Below are positions 18,701 through 28,522 of a stretch of DNA of 64,000 nucleotides, piece after piece; position 1 is the first letter of the stretch, and each line of letters starts with the position of its first letter. Source of the stretch: an uncultured Methanosarcinales archaeon (GTDB lineage: Archaea; Nanobdellota; Nanobdellia; Woesearchaeales; JAGWAF01); NCBI GenBank assembly GCA_964359785.1, contig CAYHWL010000001.1:2422-66421 (forward strand). The letters are read 5' to 3'. The notes below the pieces were generated by a model. That model saw only the letters and a list, made by a program, of their open reading frames with translations. It did no database searches and was not told the origin of the DNA. A program made the translations under genes and the position numbers.

Positions 18701-21700
18701 GTGACTGTTGAGTGCCATGAAATTATATCCCGAAAATGTGTTTTCCATTTGGTCATAATTAGCGGTTGTATTGGAATATTTGCAGAATGTCTCTATATCC
18801 GTGCTGACTTTTAATGTGGTTGTGAGTGGTGATTGGATTATTGGGTTTGGGTCTGCGACCGCGCTGATTATCACAGGTGTCTGATCTTGCACTATTAGTG
18901 TGAAGTCCTGCCTTATGTCACGATTTTGTGCATCGACGCATCTGACAAGGAAATCAAACCGCCTGTTCCGATTCGATGGAAGAGGCGCGATCTCATTGAA
19001 ATTCGTTATCACATGCTGTGATGATATTGCGTCATTATCCATCTTTCTCCAATTCGCGAAATCAGGATATATGAATCCACCAGGATCGAATAAGAATCTG
19101 CATTTTGTGAGCGTGAGTGTCTCCACTCCAACATCAAAAGTGAAATTTGGCGCGGCTCCATATGGAGGCAGATAAAGCCTTATCGGACTTGCATGTGCGG
19201 TGACCATGAAGTCAGCTCGGCTTGAGATCTGGTTCAAGGCGTCATCTTCAGCTTGTAGAAGCAAAGTGTTTGGCCCATCATCAAGTGTCAGCGATAATCC
19301 GTATAGGTTGCCTTGGGTATTTTGGCGGCTTAGATTAGTTGTGATTTCCACAGGTTCTATCCTGCTGGAGAATTGGTTTATCGTAGTATGTACCAATGTG
19401 ACGTTCTTGAGTGTGACTGGTTCGGAGAATCTTAAGACTAGCATCCCTGCGCTAGTGTCTATATTCGCGCCATTCAAGGTTATCGCGTTTATGGTGGCGT
19501 TCACAGTTGGTGGGGTGAGGTCAACTATCAGTATAGTCTGGTCAGGTTGATCCATGGGTATGTTGGTATTGCCAATGGCTCGCATCCTGAATGTATATGT
19601 GCCCTCAAGCAGGTCTTCTATAGGGGAGAAACTGAAGTTATATTTTGGCACCATCACGGTTTGATCTGCTGCGATCACTCTTGTGGGCGTCCCAAATATT
19701 CTTTCTGTGACAGTTGATTCGACATTCATTCCGATTGTGATAATAGGCCGTCTATCCGATGTTCGGTAGGTGTCATTTGCTATTCTTTTTGCGTGAGAGA
19801 CATTCTTGCCTATAACAAGCGGCCCATAGCATCCCTTGCATGCGCGGAAAGTTAGCTCATTGATTATCTCAAGATTATGTGAAGGATCCTCTCCGAAGAA
19901 TCGAAGTGTGGTGTCTCCATCAAATAATGGTTGTGTCACCAATGAGCCGTCCACAAGTCCGGCCTCGCTAAAGGTCAATCTATCGGCAGTGGTTGTTTTA
20001 GAGGGGATGCATGGCGTGGCTCCAGGGGCATAGGTGCAGTATTTTGTGGGCGCGCTAAGTCCAGATATGATGTTCGCTGAATACAGCGCATTCACGCGGT
20101 CAAGTCTTGTGATTGAGACATAGTCTATTCTGGATGGGTTTGTGGTGCTCATTGGCACCATGCGCGTTTCGGGGGGGAAATAATCCATTTCACAGCTTCG
20201 TAGTTTTGCGTCTCCTGCTCCGTATGGGCAGTCGCGGAAGTCATTGTTTTGTTCTGCGCCATCCGCGTTTTTGGCGCATTTCTTGATGTCGTTCCACTGG
20301 CATACGCCTATATTGCACTGGTCCGTGCTGCGTATGAGTATCCTATTCGTATTTCGGTCTATTGTGATTCCTGGACCTGCGCAGTCTTCCCTTGTCTTGT
20401 AATCCAGACAGGTTGCGTTGATGCATGAGAAGCTGGATCCTGATCCTTGAGAATTGTAGAAGCAGGGGAATTGCGAGGTTGACAATGCGTCGCTTTTCGC
20501 TTTTGTGCAGGCATCAAAGATTTCATTGTAGGATCTATGAGGAGGTCGGTTATTGTCCGCTCCAAGCGTGCCCTTGGCATCGCAATAATAGCAATTGGTT
20601 TGGCTCGTGTCTATGCATACCCCTATTCCGATGGCTGGGAAGATGTCTTTCCATTGACAGTTTTTCACTCTGCAATTATCTTTTTCACATGCGTTTCTTG
20701 TCTTATAATCATAGCAAGCATTGGTAGGTTCGCATTGGAAGCAGTAATCGATCAAAGAAGCGCTTCTATCATAGAAGCAGTATCGGTAGTCCTTTGAATT
20801 TCCTTCGCATATATCGCTGGTGATGGATAACCCAAAATGAGGCGTGACATTGTGGCAAGTATCAAATGGCACACAGGCCGGCCCGGCAGATTGTATCGCG
20901 CAATAGCTGTTGGTTTGGCTGCAATCAAGATTGCTGACTAATTGATTCAATGGATTACAGCTATACGCTTTTTTGAATCGTCCAAAAAAAGAGTCTACTA
21001 CCCTCTGTTGGAAGTTCGAGGAGAATGCTGATTTGTCGACATTCGAGTATCCGTATGAAGTGAGATAAGTGGAGAACTGTTGATAGAACACTGGGCCATT
21101 GATGCAGAAGAGGGCATCGGTGGTTTTTCCTTGGCATTCGAGATCCCCCAGGTATGAGCTTGCGAATGTGGGATTTGATTCCTTGCCACCTTTGAATAGC
21201 ACTTTGACTTGGTAAGTGAAAGATTTGTTCCATATGAGGTCAGGACGGTTATCCAGAAATCCCGTCTCGTTTGCCGCGAGTATTGTGCTTGTCGTGAACA
21301 TTGTGGTGGCGCAATTGTCTCCCTGGCATCTGCTGACATTGAATCCGTTTATTTGTTCTGTGCAGTTTGATTTCCAGACTATCTGGAGGGATCGTTCTCC
21401 TCTGATAGGATGTATCCCCAAGTCGTATACTGGGGGCGTATAATCAGGATTTCCGCATTGATATGAGATGTTCACGAATGTGATGTTGACTTTAGTCTGG
21501 TTGCACACCACATAACAGATGTCCTTTAAGTCTATGGCTTGAGTTATTCCGAATATAGATGGGCTTGTTGGAGTGAAATTCTTTGAGGTATCGCATTCGC
21601 TCACTTGCAACATCGTCCCCTTTTGTGCTGTGCCATTCGAGTTACAGCAGCATACATTTGAACCGCTTTGAGGGCTCGCGCTTGGCAAGGTCACAATATA

Positions 21701-21757
21701 TAGTATAGCGCACGCTACAAAGAGCAACATGAATCCTCTTTTTTGGCGTTTTTCCAT
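15788..21757 (-). CDS. 1989-aa surface glycoprotein/adhesin-like protein
   Basis: signal peptide, Cys-rich and beta-rich (Ig/FN3-like) regions, three C.....DG.ET..DCGG.C repeats, tandem D(S/T)DGDG.PD.WE Ca-binding repeats, C-terminal TM and charged tail, many NxS/T sequons. Confidence 0.85.
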   Translation of the reverse strand: MEKRQKRGFMLLFVACAILYIVTLPSASPQSGSNVCCCNSNGTAQKGTMLQVSECDTSKNFTPTSPSIFGITQAIDLKDICYVVCNQTKVNITFVNISYQCGNPDYTPPVYDLGIHPIRGERSLQIVWKSNCTEQINGFNVSRCQGDNCATTMFTTSTILAANETGFLDNRPDLIWNKSFTYQVKVLFKGGKESNPTFASSYLGDLECQGKTTDALFCINGPVFYQQFSTYLTSYGYSNVDKSAFSSNFQQRVVDSFFGRFKKAYSCNPLNQLVSNLDCSQTNSYCAIQSAGPACVPFDTCHNVTPHFGLSITSDICEGNSKDYRYCFYDRSASLIDYCFQCEPTNACYDYKTRNACEKDNCRVKNCQWKDIFPAIGIGVCIDTSQTNCYYCDAKGTLGADNNRPPHRSYNEIFDACTKAKSDALSTSQFPCFYNSQGSGSSFSCINATCLDYKTREDCAGPGITIDRNTNRILIRSTDQCNIGVCQWNDIKKCAKNADGAEQNNDFRDCPYGAGDAKLRSCEMDYFPPETRMVPMSTTNPSRIDYVSITRLDRVNALYSANIISGLSAPTKYCTYAPGATPCIPSKTTTADRLTFSEAGLVDGSLVTQPLFDGDTTLRFFGEDPSHNLEIINELTFRACKGCYGPLVIGKNVSHAKRIANDTYRTSDRRPIITIGMNVESTVTERIFGTPTRVIAADQTVMVPKYNFSFSPIEDLLEGTYTFRMRAIGNTNIPMDQPDQTILIVDLTPPTVNATINAITLNGANIDTSAGMLVLRFSEPVTLKNVTLVHTTINQFSSRIEPVEITTNLSRQNTQGNLYGLSLTLDDGPNTLLLQAEDDALNQISSRADFMVTAHASPIRLYLPPYGAAPNFTFDVGVETLTLTKCRFLFDPGGFIYPDFANWRKMDNDAISSQHVITNFNEIAPLPSNRNRRFDFLVRCVDAQNRDIRQDFTLIVQDQTPVIISAVADPNPIIQSPLTTTLKVSTDIETFCKYSNTTANYDQMENTFSGYNFMALNSHITDLTVGNVGSYTYRVACKSASGLGSVGATILFRVDPGRQFILTDYTPSGKIFGIPTALFSIGSNKDATCSFAIDTVVRLTESAGSQVHNLTTNFDVNSGGRHNTRTNCRTLGNTVISGVPETGEVNTDFWIDLRDPTMLIVNDSTQFEDSQVSADFDRLPLWYNGSDPDTGIVRYTYTLRAQNGSAIRGPVSENNPEHANVVTGLTLRNTESYYFEMQAVDRAGRNSSIMRSTGVRIDNASRPLTCSNNRTDGRETATDCGGNCLGCKDGLRCSVNWDCLNSSCLGGICRTVSCTDGARNGDETAIDCGGSCSACPVVTVLPNGTIVVTYNNTIVLSNGTIVVISNDTSRPNRTCRTLDECRNISSCIYDSDCNGGRCTYGICQATPRCENNATDGTETDTDCGGACPTKCGDGLQCKTTSDCGSGLACMITIADTHTCQDSGKDSDADGMPDWWEIKYGLNPNSASDASMDSDGDGMTNLEEYNYFKDNNRDINPKKADTDGDGAPDGLEVKANTNPIDPNSRPSDVDSDGDGMPDDWERAHGLNPNDPLDANLDNDNDGLSNFAEYRYLKTVGKEIDPNKADTDGDGFNDKAEIDAGTDPTDSKSYPRDDKDTDMDGMPDWWEKKYNLDPNDPNDATGDPDGDGLTNLEEYNHFNQNGQDMDPHKNDTDGDSYLDGEEVLAGSNPADPNSIPPDSDGDGVPDWWESKYGFDPKNSADAMEDSDGDGATNLDEYNYYHRTGSFVDPTNSDTDGDGYHDGAEIIGGSNPTDATSTPAFDWAKWILTASIIIIGGFIFYYLWTKNASNVVNKEKKKEQMPKLDLSSGMTTPPETGRMAKNLPESSVTTRTAGAGKEEYIAVGKLGKKEAAPDTSAFGKLRSFSGISKGEESTLSPEMQALENMALMRFTDSEREELKKKLDLARKGKLSKKDLEELFKKLRITAAYWEKNKDLIQKQFETWKKPAVKRRK

Positions 21758-21761
21758 GGAT

Positions 21762-23156
21762 TTAACCTAATTTCTTGACGATTGCTGGGAATATAAGCGT
21801 TTGGCTGTCCGCCAATTCATCGTCGGTGACATTGACGCTAAAGACAAATCTCATAGATGGTTCCCTCGCCACAAACTCCACCATCAAGAAGGGGATGGGT
21901 TTTTCAGGGTTTGCAGGGTCCCTTGGTTCTGGGGCGACGCTTGGTTCAGGCAGCTCCATGGTGTACTCGAATCGCAATGGATTATCATCAGGATCTATCG
22001 CGTTTAAGGTGATGCATAATTGTTGGGGAGAGCATAATGGAGCATTCTTGATGCAAAACACTTGATTGACGATCCCGATTGTAGGCTCTATCTTGTTCCC
22101 CTCCTTATCTTCTGTTGCACAGACCACGAAATTATTGACTGCGTCACGGCGTGCGGAATCATTTAGGAGGAACAGCGCAGGCCTCCTGTTTTTTATCGCG
22201 AATCGGAATTCAAATGGACGCTCCAATATGTTGCTATATGGGTCTCTGACGATGTAGAGATAATCCAATCGGTTCACATTTGGCTTTCTGTCATAGGTCA
22301 GGTTTTCTACTTTGATCTCGCTGATATTTATCGAGAGATTGCTCACGTCTTGATCTAACAACTGGCTGGTGAATTCTATTATTTGCCCAAGCCTGACTGG
22401 ATAGTCTACCTCAAAATTTTCCAGTTTTGACTCGGCTTGTGTGACTGTATTGGATAGGTTGATTGGCCAATTGAGTTGGACCGTTACGTCGGCTAGATTG
22501 ACTGTGACTGTTGTGTTTGGGCCTGATTTGCGTATTCTTATATTGCCCTTGGATAGGTCCTGCCAGCGTACGCAAGTCTGCATCTTGTTTGTGATATATA
22601 CTTCCAACTGCTCCTGGATGCTTCTGGAGAATGTCTTGGTGAGATGGGTGAGTCTATTGTATCCTGCGAATGCCAATGTGTTGTATCCCGGGCTGCATGG
22701 TTGTGTTATGCATTGGGTCTCCGGAAAGCCCGCCCAGGGATATTCCGGAGGGCTGGATTTATAGAATCCAAATAGATCCCCCATAGGTCCTACGACTGCA
22801 TATGGCACGTCCTTGTCTTCATAGCGCAGGTATTCTTGCCCAAAACATGGAGGATAATCAGATACTCCAAAGCACACCTGATTAAATGATTTGGTGGGGC
22901 CGCCCTGTGTGTCGTATATCACCCCTCCTTGGTCCCCTAGTAATGCCAGTCCCTTGCGCGCCGCAAGATCCAGGCAATATTTCACTTCCTGTTTGATAGG
23001 AAGGATCTCTTCCGCTCCAAGCTGCGTCTTTGCTATGGTTTGGCTTGTGGTTTGCGCGATGAAGTTATTATAGATATAATAGAATGAGCTAAACAGAAAG
23101 ATCAGTACTATGCATATGATTAGGAATACTGTGACTTGTCCGGTCTTCTTTCGCAT
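21762..23156 (-). CDS. pilin-like protein, class III signal peptide
   Basis: start reassigned to MRKKTG|QVTVFLII (ATG 23156, GAGGA upstream). Confidence 0.8.
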   Translation of the reverse strand: MRKKTGQVTVFLIICIVLIFLFSSFYYIYNNFIAQTTSQTIAKTQLGAEEILPIKQEVKYCLDLAARKGLALLGDQGGVIYDTQGGPTKSFNQVCFGVSDYPPCFGQEYLRYEDKDVPYAVVGPMGDLFGFYKSSPPEYPWAGFPETQCITQPCSPGYNTLAFAGYNRLTHLTKTFSRSIQEQLEVYITNKMQTCVRWQDLSKGNIRIRKSGPNTTVTVNLADVTVQLNWPINLSNTVTQAESKLENFEVDYPVRLGQIIEFTSQLLDQDVSNLSINISEIKVENLTYDRKPNVNRLDYLYIVRDPYSNILERPFEFRFAIKNRRPALFLLNDSARRDAVNNFVVCATEDKEGNKIEPTIGIVNQVFCIKNAPLCSPQQLCITLNAIDPDDNPLRFEYTMELPEPSVAPEPRDPANPEKPIPFLMVEFVAREPSMRFVFSVNVTDDELADSQTLIFPAIVKKLG

Positions 23157-23273
23157 TTTGTCCTCTATTTTCCCGAGCCCTTCCTGACGGCAAACATTTC
23201 GGCAAGGGTGATTCCCTCGTATGTCACTATATATAGTTTTGGATAGGCAAGATTGCATCAAAGAATAAGTGTC

Positions 23274-24083
23274 TTACTCGGTTCGGTTCATCTGTCCTAT
23301 CGCTGATTTACATATGCGTCTTGCTTCGTCATTTGGGATCATGTCACAGTAATTCACGTCTGTGAGATTTATCGCTAATTGTTGCGATGATTGCAGCTTG
23401 CATTCTTCTACCATGAATTCATATGGCAGTGACTGGCATGTCAAGGAATTCTTCGTGATTATAGCTGTTTGGATGGCTGATTTCACTTTCTCTCTCAATT
23501 GTTCCTGCGCTCCCGGATCCACTCTTGCAAGTATATCCAGCACGCAACGCGATTGCAGTGCAGGATCGTTCTTTGGACAGGCCGTTGGATCGACGTTCAT
23601 TCTTGCTTTGATCAATTGCATGAATGTCTCGCAATTTTGTCTGTTGTCTCCAAGGTTCGCACACAATGATGGATTGTCTGTCAAGGCGCCAAGCCCTATG
23701 GTGGCTTTCAATTTGGTGGATTCTTCATTCACGGCCTTAGCCAAGGCCTCTTTGAGTTTTGTCATGCATTCTTCTCTGGCATTTTTCTCGTCCATTCCAA
23801 GGCATTGGAATGGATCAAGGGCAATTATCGCTTGTTCTGTGATTATTTGCGCAAGGGAAGGGGCGGCTTGTCTTTGATATAGATAATATGTGGATCCAGC
23901 CAGCACAAGACATACCAATAAGAGCGCGTAAGCCGCGATCCTGTATCCTCTGACGTGGTCTGCGAGGAGGCCTACGATATCCGAGTACCCTTCATTGTGG
24001 AGTTCTCTTATGATCTCATCGCTAGAAAGTTTCTGTTTTCTTTTCGTGGAGATGAATTTCTCGATTGGAACTTGTTTGACCAT
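23274..24083 (-). CDS. single-TM protein with Cys-paired helical repeats
   Basis: short charged N-domain, TM helix, repeated ..C.........C units. Confidence 0.75.
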   Translation of the reverse strand: MVKQVPIEKFISTKRKQKLSSDEIIRELHNEGYSDIVGLLADHVRGYRIAAYALLLVCLVLAGSTYYLYQRQAAPSLAQIITEQAIIALDPFQCLGMDEKNAREECMTKLKEALAKAVNEESTKLKATIGLGALTDNPSLCANLGDNRQNCETFMQLIKARMNVDPTACPKNDPALQSRCVLDILARVDPGAQEQLREKVKSAIQTAIITKNSLTCQSLPYEFMVEECKLQSSQQLAINLTDVNYCDMIPNDEARRICKSAIGQMNRTE

Positions 24084-24137
24084 AGGATTGGGATGTATAT
24101 CGGCTTATTATATGTTTTGTGCATTACAGTGAGGTGT

Positions 24138-27056
24138 CTACCTTAGTTTCGCGCTAAAGTCTCTCCATACATCCTTGAGATTGCCCCATGAGCTGGTTGT
24201 GAATGCTGCGAATTTCAGGGTATTCCCGCTTTGTGTGCAGTCCCTTGGCAGGTCGGTCCTTAGGTTGTTGTTTAGAAGATCGCACCCGGTCATCCCAGTT
24301 GGGTCGGTGATATTGATATTGACATATCGCGCCGCAGTGTAATCTACTTTGCTTCCATTGAGGTATCTTTGTCTTTGGATGAAGCTAAAGAGGTCTTTTG
24401 GAGTCTTTCGGTTATAATATATCGCGTCAAATACTGTGGTGCTGGACAACGTGCTTTGCATATCCGCAAGAGTGGGTTTTCCAGCATAATTGACAAGATC
24501 CGCGAATCGGGTGGCGAGTGCTGGCCATCTTCTGGTTTCCACCTCATTTGGCCCAATTGAGCTTATCGCGCCATAAGGCGTGTAGATCAAAGTGTTAAGT
24601 CCCGGATTATAGGATATCCCGTTTCCGCATGGATGGAACAGACTGTCGCCTATGGCAAGCGCGTTATCACATGAATGTATACTCTTCCCAAGTGCGGGCA
24701 GGAAGCTTTGCATGCTGTCATTCACTGCCACATTCAGGCTGGTGCCAAAAGCCGCTCCCTTGGTGCTTGTGAGTACACAGAACTGGTTCACACAAGAAGT
24801 CTTTGTCCCTCTGATGACGCAAGGTTTCTCTAAGTAGCTCCTTACAGGCCCTGCGTTTGGAAGCGCTTCATAGTCGATGAAATTGAGGGTCTCGTTGAAA
24901 TAATCGCAGAATATGGAGTAATTGTTCACCGAGTTTATCTCTGCGTAATCCACTAGGTACATGGCAAGAAGTTTGGTCCTGCTTGACCAGTTTCCGGATG
25001 CGCAATAATACTGTTGGATTGAGGTCTTGTCATTTATGCAGGCTGGTTGTTTGGTTGTGTAAAAAGAGTCCGGATCATCCGCTAAGGATATGTTGCCTGC
25101 GGGATTGACAAGACACTGTGTCATATTGGGGCAGTATCCCTTATTTTGGTCATTCCAAGTGTACTTTACAGGCTGGTACACCCAGTCTCCAGCTATACAT
25201 CGATAGCCTCCGCTTGTGGTCGGTCTTGTTTCAAAGGTTTGGTCGGCTATGCAGGAGATGCCATTCCAGCAGCCTGTCTCTGGGCAGCATTCGACATTGT
25301 TTGCTGAATTGTTGAGTGGGTATAGAAGTTGGTTTCTCACTTCTGGGATCACATATTTTGGTTTGAGTTTGTTTTGTTTTGTTGTGAGTGTCCATGTCCC
25401 GTTGAATGAGCAATAGTAATTGACATTGACTGCGCGCGTGGCATTGTACGCCAAAGTGCAACGGTTTGTATCGTTGATGAGGGGTTTGCCATTATGTGAA
25501 TCCTTCATGGTCAATAGATTTGGATTTGTCTCGTTTAGTTGGCATCCGAAGAATTGGCCAAGTATGGTGAGCACGCTTCCGTTTGTGTTGTTCACGGTAT
25601 ATCCATTCGCCGCGAATCTGCTTTTGAAACATGCTCCGCTTTCATCGTCTTTATAGTCAGGTGGATTTGGGTCTTGGTATGATTCATTTGGCCAATCGTA
25701 TTTCTCGCCGCAACATTTCTTGCCTGTCCATCGTAGATTTGCGAGTTTGCAGGTTAACGGATCTTTGTTGTCAAGGTCCTGTGCCCATTCAGCGTCTTTT
25801 GCGCAGTAGAAAGTAGGGCTTGACGGATTTTCGCTGATGCTGATGGTGATTGGGCTTGCTGCTGATATTGAGCCAGGCGGTCCAGTATTGATATACATCT
25901 CTATGGCTTTTATTGCCACAAAACCAGTCCTCCCGATTTTTTGGCTATCCAATTCACAGCTCATAGTTGAGGCATCAGAATCATAATCCAAGATGATAGT
26001 ATGGTCCGAATTAGGCGCCCATGAGGAGACATCAAATACAGTTTCTACCCTGCCTGCCCCTTTGACATTCTTGCAGATGATTTTCGTGTCAACCTTTTCG
26101 ATCGATAGGTAGGCATCAGGCGCTTCCTTGGCATGGAAGAGCACCCTATTGAGGTTCTCCTTGCCTTCCCATGTGTTATGGATTGAGAGCACGATGTGTC
26201 CTCTTGTTGAATTGTAATTTGCCAAGGTTCCAGTACGTACCGATTCGGTGGCAAGAAGGCTTGCCGCATAGAGTTCTCCGGCGGTATGGCTTTCTCCGAT
26301 CTGTGCGACCCTTCCATCTTGGGTGTCATATGCTGGATCGTCTCAGGAGCATTCCAGGATGTTCCTATAGCTGTCATTGTTGCTGGGGGTGTCTTCCGCG
26401 CAAAGATATGAATGGGAGGGTTTGTCGCCCACCCCTGTCTTGGTCATGTTCATCAAAGTGAACGTCTTATATGTATTCACGCTGCCTAACCCTATGCCGC
26501 ACAGATAAAAATCATTTCCATCGCTAAGGATTTGCGCTTGGGCGCATTGGAGATTGAATATGTCTGCTTTGTTCGAGATTAATTTTGCCCATTTCCAGGT
26601 TTCGGGGCCTATCGAGGGATTCACGCATGCTTCGCTGCCTATGCGCATCCCGCAGTTGTCCGTCGGATGAGCGCCGCAGCATTTGGAATTAGCAGTGGAC
26701 CAGTTCACGGTCTTGTTCGCGAAGCATACGGGAAGTGTGAGGTAATTGTTTCCTCTGCAATATGTGGAGGTATCCCACGAGACGGCATGCGTGTTTAGTT
26801 CCGCGTAATTCGCCTGATCATTTCCGCCGACGGTGAATTTGAGTTTGTACTGTCCCTCTTGAGAGCATACTTTGGCCACATCTTGTATCGGAAGCTTACA
26901 TTCTCCATTTCCTTCGCATGTGTTTGTCTCCATCGCCACAGAGGCATCCGGTGCTAGAAGCTGCAGTTTGCTTGATTGCGCGGACACAGCTATCGAGAAG
27001 ATTATACAGACAGCTAAATAGAACACGATAACCAGGTTTCTCCTGTCGATATGCAT
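24138..27056 (-). pseudogene. large secreted Cys-rich protein (LamG-like segment) interrupted by a single in-frame TGA at 26343-26345
   Basis: ORFs 26343-27056 and 24138-26225 share a frame and the 39 codons between them are open (...NILECS*DDPAYDTQ...GTLANYNS). Confidence 0.75.
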
Positions 27057-27119
27057 GCTATAAAACCCGTTCTCCGTATATATAAAGGTAATCGCTCGCC
27101 AGTTCGATTATCTTGTTCG

Positions 27120-27281
27120 TTGTCAAAAGTTCGCACCCACCACCGTGATCGCACTCCGGCGCTCAACACAGGTGGCATGCTCGGTCTGAGGACCTCGGGG
27201 TGCTCACGACGCGAACTTTTGACTACCGAATGGAACCGGTTGCGAACCACCGGTGAGCACACCGGTGGAATGACTGTATTC
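27120..27281 (+). repeat. structured intergenic repeat, copy 1
   Basis: near-identical to 47361-47516; 13-bp stem GTCAAAAGTTCGC/GCGAACTTTTGAC plus internal hairpins. Confidence 0.85.
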
Positions 27282-27328
27282 GATTGTCTTCGCAATCCTT
27301 ATATCCACAAGATGATTTCGTGGAAAGT

Positions 27329-28006
27329 ATGAGATTCGCGCTCCGTTTTGATGCAGTCCAGTCTGTCAATAAGGACTTTGCGGCATTGATCGATCTATTG
27401 ATCGAGAAGAAGATTGCGGCCACTTACGCTGTGATCCCTTCTTTGATCGATCACCAATCCACTAGTTTACTCTCTGAAAAGGCGCGGAGCCATCCCAGAT
27501 TGGTGAGTATCGTCCCTTATGGTTGGTCTGGTTCAAATTATGGATCGGGCGCAAGGCCCGGCGAATTCGGGGAGTTCCGTTCAAGGGCGCAGCAATGGGA
27601 GGATATCAAGAGGTCTATCGAAAGGATGGACCGGCTTTTCATGCATCGCTGGTCTAGGGTCTTTGTTCTGCCATTCAACAATTATGATCATATCACCCAG
27701 GAGATTCTCAAAAGCAATATGTTTATGGCCTTTAGCGCAAGGTGCTCCCCTTATCAAAAACATCTCTTGCCCGATGTGGGAGCGAGCATCGTTCTTGGTA
27801 AGCCGACGCTGGCCAAGTCTATCGTGTCTGAATGCCAGTTCTTGCTTAATGCCAGGGAAGGCATCGTGATCGCGATTAGGCCAGAGGCGCTAGCGGGGGT
27901 TTATGTCGAGGAGATAAAGAAGGCCGCGCTGGTCTTGGTGGCCAGGAATGCCCGGCCTGTGATCTTATCAGAGCTAGCAGGTGTTTCTCTAGAAAAGGTT
28001 ATATAA
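27329..28006 (+). CDS. polysaccharide deacetylase (NodB/DUF2334)-like protein with degenerate active site
   Basis: LRFDAV, ATYAVIP, IVPYGWSG, GEF, FVLPFN motifs. Confidence 0.6.
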   Translation: MRFALRFDAVQSVNKDFAALIDLLIEKKIAATYAVIPSLIDHQSTSLLSEKARSHPRLVSIVPYGWSGSNYGSGARPGEFGEFRSRAQQWEDIKRSIERMDRLFMHRWSRVFVLPFNNYDHITQEILKSNMFMAFSARCSPYQKHLLPDVGASIVLGKPTLAKSIVSECQFLLNAREGIVIAIRPEALAGVYVEEIKKAALVLVARNARPVILSELAGVSLEKVI

Positions 28007-28028
28007 TCAGCTGCGCATTCTATATACT

Positions 28029-28349
28029 ATGGAAGGTGTAGAGGTCTTCTCCGATGGATTATGCCACACTATTGAGATAGACTCTTCTTTTTTCGATAAG
28101 GAGGTGGTGATGACCACGGCGTATTCTTTTATGGATCGTTTCTATGTGAAGATTAGCGGGGATCCATTGGGGAGCATCTTGGTGTCGTTGCTGCCCAAAG
28201 GCCAGGATATTGACTCGGGATCCATTGAAGGGGAGTTTGGCAATGCCCTTCTTGCGTATGCACAGCATCAAATGATGGCAAAAGGTTCAAAACAGGTGAG
28301 AGAGATGATTGTCTACAGCGCGCTGATGGCAGGTGAACGGCATGGTTGA
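28029..28349 (+). CDS. hxsD: His-Xaa-Ser system protein HxsD-like
   Basis: IDSSFFDKEVVMTTAYSFMDRFYV...GEFGNALL...REMIVYSAL, upstream of hxsB. Confidence 0.75.
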   Translation: MEGVEVFSDGLCHTIEIDSSFFDKEVVMTTAYSFMDRFYVKISGDPLGSILVSLLPKGQDIDSGSIEGEFGNALLAYAQHQMMAKGSKQVREMIVYSALMAGERHG

Positions 28350-28518
28350 TTTTTTACTGCTCAACTCTGATTTCTATGATCTTGGGAAGATCGAGGATTT
28401 CATACATGCAAAAGATGAAGGGCCAAGATTTTACAGGCAGGATGGCATCTTGCGGGTTGAAGGTGAAAGGCAAGAGCTCTTGATGATCGCAAATGCCGCG
28501 TTGCATCTTTCGAGGTGA
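28342..28518 (+). CDS. small HxsD-like accessory protein
   Basis: 58 aa, GGTGA SD upstream, LNSDFYD..I..F...IANAAL resembles a shortened HxsD. Confidence 0.5.
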   Translation: MVDFLLLNSDFYDLGKIEDFIHAKDEGPRFYRQDGILRVEGERQELLMIANAALHLSR

Positions 28519-28522
28519 GATT

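Noticed and set aside
23161..23225. GGCAAAC-containing stretch resembling a c-di-GMP-I riboswitch
   Set aside because: Lacks the downstream GCAAAG and second stem, and is antisense to the adjacent gene
26343..26345. Alternative genetic code or selenocysteine at the in-frame TGA
   Set aside because: TGA terminates many well-defined genes here; no Sec machinery or SECIS seen near the gene
27186..27225. CTGAGGA as a hammerhead ribozyme core
   Set aside because: No correctly placed GAAA after a stem II and no matching cleavage-site helices
27120..27281. tRNA or CRISPR interpretation of the repeat
   Set aside because: No cloverleaf or T-loop consensus; only two dispersed copies with no spacers
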